Source: Octopus bimaculoides (lineage: Eukaryota). Taken from it: DNA of 54,967 bases. Location: the NCBI RefSeq assembly GCF_001194135.2, contig NC_068997.1, positions 11,431,257 through 11,486,223 of the forward strand. Direction: 5' to 3'. Numbering within the stretch: position 1 is the first letter of the stretch; every line of letters starts with the position of its first letter. The translations under genes were made by a program, and so were the position numbers. This document shows, piece by piece, positions 49,135-54,967 of this stretch. Under the pieces are notes generated by a model. It did no database searches. It saw only the letters and a list, made by a program, of their open reading frames with translations, and was not told where the DNA came from.

Positions 49135-50216
49135 TTAAAGAAAGGAGTACGATACTTTAATGACAAATGTGTATAATACAAGACGTAAGCTATGAATCAA
49201 TAATATTCAAATTCAGGGCCAGAAAATGATTTAGATGAAGTATGAACTTCATTATGGCATGTTTACTCTTACGACGAGCCACAACTGCATATGGACAGTC
49301 GAGACTTCAATGGAGTTCAGTCAGAAACTTAATGAAAGGTGAAATAAACCAGTAAATGATCTAAATATGAGACATCATTTTATGAAATCATTCACATTAG
49401 ACACTTCTACTTGGTTTATAGGAAACCTTATCAATGTGAAATATTGGTCAGTAATTGATATCCTATACGTTAAGGAGAATAATGTAAATATAATGATTAC
49501 TCATTAATTAGCAACGGTACATTTCGATTCTTTAATAAAGCATGCTACTTTTTCAGTTACATTTTATAAACGTCCTTCAATGTTTTGTATGTATTTCATT
49601 CTTGTACTTTAAATCTCTTTGATGCGTAATAGTCCCTTAAATCTCTTTTTAGCATTTATCATGACTTAGAAATTTTTTTTTATATATTGAATGTAGTGAT
49701 GAAAGAAACCAATCCTGTTTCACATTAATGGAAAATATGATTCGGATTTAATGTTGCAAACGTTCACCTAAACGGTAATGAGAAGGAGGCTAATTGTCCA
49801 CAAGGACGATAATTAGCAACACTGAAAGTAAAAGAAATAATCGCCAACACTACAGCAGCCCGCAAATGTATATCTGCGCGCCAATGTATGTGTATGTGCC
49901 CTTGTGTGTGTGTGCGCGTGCGTGTGTGTATGTGTGTGTGAGTATGGGAATGTGTGTGTACTCGGGTGTGTGTACAATATATATATATATATATATATAT
50001 ATANNNNNNNNNNNNNNNNNNNNNNNNNNNNNNNNNNNNNNNNNNNNNNNNNNNNNNNNNNNNNNNNNNNNNNNNNNNNNNNNNNNNNNNNNNNNNNNNN
50101 NNNNNNNNNNNNNNNNNNNNNNNNNNNNNNNNNNNNNNNNNNNNNNNNNNNNNNNNNNNNNNNNNNNNNNNNNNNNNNNNNNNNNNNNNNNNNNNNNNNN
50201 NNNNNNNNNNNNNNNN

Positions 50217-50304
<88 letters not shown>

Positions 50305-50419
50305 ATGTATATATTTGCATGTATATATATTTATGCATGCGTGTATGTCTGTATATTCATAGAGTGATACGATGTATTAGTCTAATTTTGGTTCTGTCAG
50401 TGTAATTTCGTATAGCGAC

Positions 50420-50950
50420 TTTTATGACAATAGTTCAAAAGTGAAATTCTGATTTCATGATCTGCTATGTCTAGTTTGGGATGGAGCCTGCATATACCAT
50501 GTTAATCACCAATGAATGTTAACGGAAATTTTATAGCTGATGTTTTCTAGAGGACACTAAGCGGTTTGATATTGAGTCTTTAGTGTCTGTCTGCATCAAT
50601 GTGAAGTCTTCGAGTGCCATATCGGATATCTGTGAGCTTGCATTAACAAACAAAACAACTTATGAGCTGTACATATCCATACGTAGTGTTAGAATACGTT
50701 TCAATGGTAATTTCAGTAGTAATCTCAGCTACGGTTAAATGTTTGTCGAGAATAGAACTTTGCTTTTAACTTTCTCCACGCTACGTATATCATTAGACTG
50801 GTAAATATTTGTAACGTCGGTGGATTTGCCACTGTTATAAGTTACCCCCAAATTGTTCATCTTGTAATTTACATGTTTTATTTAGGATTTTAGAAACATT
50901 TGGTCCAGTAAGTTCCATATGTGTCTTATTTGTCATTCCATAATTGTCCT
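50420..50950 (-). mobile_element. Mariner transposase relic, very decayed
   Basis: Minus-strand remnants in order: SGKSTDVT (cf. SGRP), VEKVK, DKHLTVAEITTE (cf. DRRITVREIAEE), IGD* (cf. TGDE). No TIR identified. Confidence 0.5.
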
Positions 50951-53329
50951 CAAAATTTAGTTTTCTATTTTTTTCTGTAAAGTAAACATTAGATGTTTAT
51001 GAAACGTCGTGAATTGATAAGATGTTATGTGTTGATAATACTGCAACTAATTTTTCAACCATTTGATGAAAGTTGAAGCTTCATATTTAATACTGAATTT
51101 CTCAGCCTATGTTTAATCATAGGGGTTTATTACTTGCGTTAAGTGTCATATAGCAACCCCTGAAATTAAGTATGTAACTCGGAATATCTCACATATATGT
51201 AAAGTATCTAGAGAAGATCAAGTTAGAAGAATAAACCAACTTATATCATAACCACAAGAGAGATTAACTTCAGTATTACAAGCGAACAAGCCTGCATTCA
51301 ACTATAAACTGTTCGCTCTGATTTCATCATCCGAATTTGCCATGGCCTGGCAGCTGTTTCCACGAAGTTAAAATATTCCTGCGAATATCAAGTATTGATC
51401 CAATGCGTACAGCTCAATAGTGATAATTGTTTCCTATTGTTAATTTCTCATGCGGAATATCGGTACTTTGTATCGAATCTAATATACATAGACATGGAGA
51501 CATACTGCCATAATAAAGCCTCAATATATTTTGTATCACATTGCTGCAAAGAATATAGCTTAGCTTGAAAATTATAATACTTTTGAACCTAAGCGTTCAT
51601 TATACCGTAAGTAAACATATTGCGTTGCAGTAGAAGGGGAAGAAAATATACACAATCAGTTTTCTCTATGTACACGCAAAAGTTTATGTACAATATTGCT
51701 ATCTAATATGAGTATTGTTAGAAACTAGAAGCTAGTGTATGTGTCTTGTAATTAAGCTGCTGATAAAAGGAGAGAAAAGAGAAATGTCTGCTCTGACAGA
51801 GATTGAAAGCAGAACTTAAAAGGATAAAAGGACGTAACGAAATCTGGCAAATTATTTAACAAACTGCCCAATAGAATTTACCATCCATTACCATATGAAA
51901 GGAAAAAGAAAAAAGTTCGTATGTGCATTGTTAGATTACACTTTGCTCATCTAAGGTATGATTTCACATTTCTCTCATGAGGGTTTCTTTGCTTTACCGT
52001 TCGTCTTTTGCATCAATAGAAAACATTTATAAACTTGCGTTAAATCAAATCCCTATAACTCAATATGTTCCCCCCATAACTCTATATTTGTTATTATTTG
52101 AAATTAATAGTCATATTCCTTAACTTGTTAAATATCATATTGTTTATATATTATCTAGCGCTAGCGCTGCAAATGATCAGTATTTAGTGGAACGTGATGT
52201 TTCCCTAGATCCATAACTAAAAAAATACCCGTTATTTTTGCGAGATATATTTCTTAAAGAACATATCAGGTATTCAGACACGTTGCTAGCTTATATCCTC
52301 ACTAAGGTATTTACGTTTTAACAATAAACTACCAATATTTTCATGGACTGGTATTTCTGAAGCTAAATGACTATTCTAGAAACAATACTCCTTGCCAGTT
52401 AGAAAAACAATGAGGAAATAATTAATCACATATGTCTGTAATTTGAGAAATATTAGGCGACCAATTCCGGCTAATCAATTGTCCAAGTGCGGCCAACTGT
52501 TTTGTTGCTTTCAGTGACAGTTAATTATTTTCCAGAAACAGTTCATTATTTTCTTTTATATAACTCTCAGTATTGACTGTGAATTAAATTGGAAACCTTC
52601 TGAGGGAGATGTTTGACTTTTACTCCTGTAACCTTTTACCTTAAATTCGTTAGTTGGCCTTAAACGTCTCAACTGAGGTTAAACTGATGCACCACCCTTC
52701 AGGTAAAAACTTCAGTACTAAAATTCCATGGGATTCATTGTGATTTGCAAAGATTTACCTTGGCGTTGTTAGTTTATTCCGTTCCTAAGTAAAGACAAAT
52801 ATATTTCTCTTATAACACAAAGGATAGGTTCTGTATCCTATATCGCTCAGCCGCGAAAAGTACTATTCATTAGGGATATAGCATCTCAAAAACAGATATG
52901 CCCTAAATTACTTATTCATAACCTTTCACAAAAACATTTCTTCACAACCTTACACACACGTGCACGCGCTCACAGACACGCGAAGAAAACAAGCCCCATG
53001 AACAATTCGACAATAAATTCTGCAGATATAAATGACAAACCTCCAACCAAGGATTTAAACAAAATACAAATACGAGATCACAAATTATAAGATAAACAAT
53101 CAACGAAGAAACAAAAGAAACGCCTAATCAATAAAAGCAAAAAGAAAGCAAATCAATTAGCAAGCACAAGGTCACTCACAGAAGCAGACACCTACAGACA
53201 CGCACTCTCGCATACACACACATTCTCACATACTCACATACGCGTGCGCCCCACCCACCACCACCACCAGCACCACGCGCATGCACCGACCGATATAAAC
53301 ACAGCGCGAATAACGAGTTCCGACAGTTC

Positions 53330-54432
53330 TCACTTAAATATTGCAGTGGCGTGCCATATGTCCTTCAGGTTGTATTAATGGGCGAATACTTTCCCTGTAT
53401 GTAGAGATACAACTCAATGGACTACAAACAGTGTGATTCAATGTCCCATTGGTGTGCCCAACACCCAGTTCCTACTTCAGTAGACTCCAATGTGCGCTGT
53501 TGTCCTCAAGTATTCAAACCTGGATTTTGGAGGATGCTAGAAACTGTTCCTTTGGTAGGTGAAACACTCAGATCTGACAATGAGATCTGCCGATTGCCTC
53601 ATTAGTTGCCGGAGATGTGTGCAATTGCATATTGTGCTACTGAATGTGGATCATCTTCAGATTCTTGTTTGATTTCTTCCTCCTAATAGCTTCTCTAATG
53701 TTTCAATATAATTATTGCTCTTCATAGTACTCATAGAAAAGTACACCCTTGTCAATCCCAAAAGAAAATTACGATGTCATTTTTGCACTAACCGGTGGAT
53801 CTTGGAGTCTTTAACCCTGGGCGAATTAGGGTGGAGCAATCCCTCCGTTTCAGGATCACTTAGACGTAACCACCAATCTATTTTATATCCCGATATTGGA
53901 AAGAGCACGGTGTCTTCATTGGTTTCAGGCACTTCTAGTAGATCGTAGATGATTACCACCTTTCTCGTCTTCAAGTCGGTTGTCACATTGGTTGAGGTAC
54001 CCAATTTGTACACACCGTCTTATACTCAATGTGTTTCTCCACTTTCTGCAATGCGTTGTTACCAACGTCAGGTCCTGCAGCAAGGTCATAGAATATAACT
54101 CATCTGTCCTCTTGATGGCAGTTCCTGTCATTGGTCGCTAAATTTCTTCATTTATCTGTGCACATTGCTCTTGTGAAGAATATCATGTCTCTAATACAAG
54201 AGAAGTATTTTACGGCTGTGGAATAGTCCGTGTATCCATCCGACTTCATCAATTACTCAATGATGGCACGCTTGTTCTGTATGGAACCCTTCATCCGCTT
54301 ACAACGAAAAAGTAAGGAAGATTAGTTACTAAACAGGAAGAAATATTCGATCAAACATGCAGTTTCAGCGACCTATGCCGGTTAATAATTAATTATTCCT
54401 ACTTTTGTATTACCTTCGGTACAACTTTCGTA
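53330..54432 (-). mobile_element. Mariner transposon relic
   Basis: Minus strand KRAIIE, KTVCTNWVPQ (53994-54020), DPETE..HPNSPRVK, VIFFWD, HN.QLHTS..T.EAI; possible terminal tacgaaagttgtacc at 54418-54432; the other TIR was not found. Confidence 0.7.
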
Positions 54433-54967
54433 TTTGAGGAGATGAATGATCGTTAAGAAATTAGTTCATCCCCACTTCTCAACTCAGCTCCTATACAAAA
54501 TGGCACCAGTAATATAATGACACTGATTAGAGTAAAATATCAATAACCTACTAAAACTTCTGACCTCCTATCAATAACATTACACCCCAAAACGATATGA
54601 ACAGCAGCGTGAAACACGTCCAGGAAGATACAAATTTATGATACATGCTAACATTCGTTTCTGCCTGTGGTCATATCCTCTCCATATCATAAATTCTAAT
54701 AAATTACGCGTATTTGCTTTTATTTATTATTGAAGAAACATAACTATCAGTAGAATATTCCATAAACATTTCATATTGCTTCAAGGAATTTCGTAACTTT
54801 AATTACTTGCCATATGTTATTTTCAAATAATTCGTACCTGTTGAAAAGATTCTGTTTAATAAATATATCTGGGTTATACGGTCGCTTTTCTGTCTTTTCT
54901 CTCCCTCTAATCAATCGCACTTAATTGTAAGGTTTGGGTGTGTGTGGTTGAGTATATATGTAAGTAT

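Overview
AT-rich, microsatellite-dense animal non-coding DNA from a gapped draft assembly: 13 N-runs totalling roughly 3.7 kb, most flanked by (AT)n, (AG)n or (GATA)n. The SINE families (CORE-type, Nin/Deu-type and a Meta-like composite) and the repeat density point to a coleoid cephalopod, most likely Octopus; this is inferred from recalled repeat families, not from a database search. I cannot confidently call any host protein-coding gene, tRNA, rRNA or CRISPR array. Most ORFs in the supplied track are translated microsatellites, N-gaps or chance ORFs. Supported features: more than 20 SINE copies in three families; a decayed DD37D (maT) transposon; three decayed mariner elements and a mariner-derived MITE; a fossil R4/Dong-type RT-REL LINE of about 2.8 kb that the ORF track misses, plus a better-preserved 3' fragment of the same type; and Penelope-like relics with degenerate hammerhead-ribozyme cores. 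The leads most worth checking are the modular composite SINE carrying an internal microsatellite, the hammerhead relics, a strong apparent plus-strand bias of SINEs (possible minus-strand host intron), a signal-peptide-like candidate exon at 12021-12224, and candidate microexons. None is demonstrated to be a new system.
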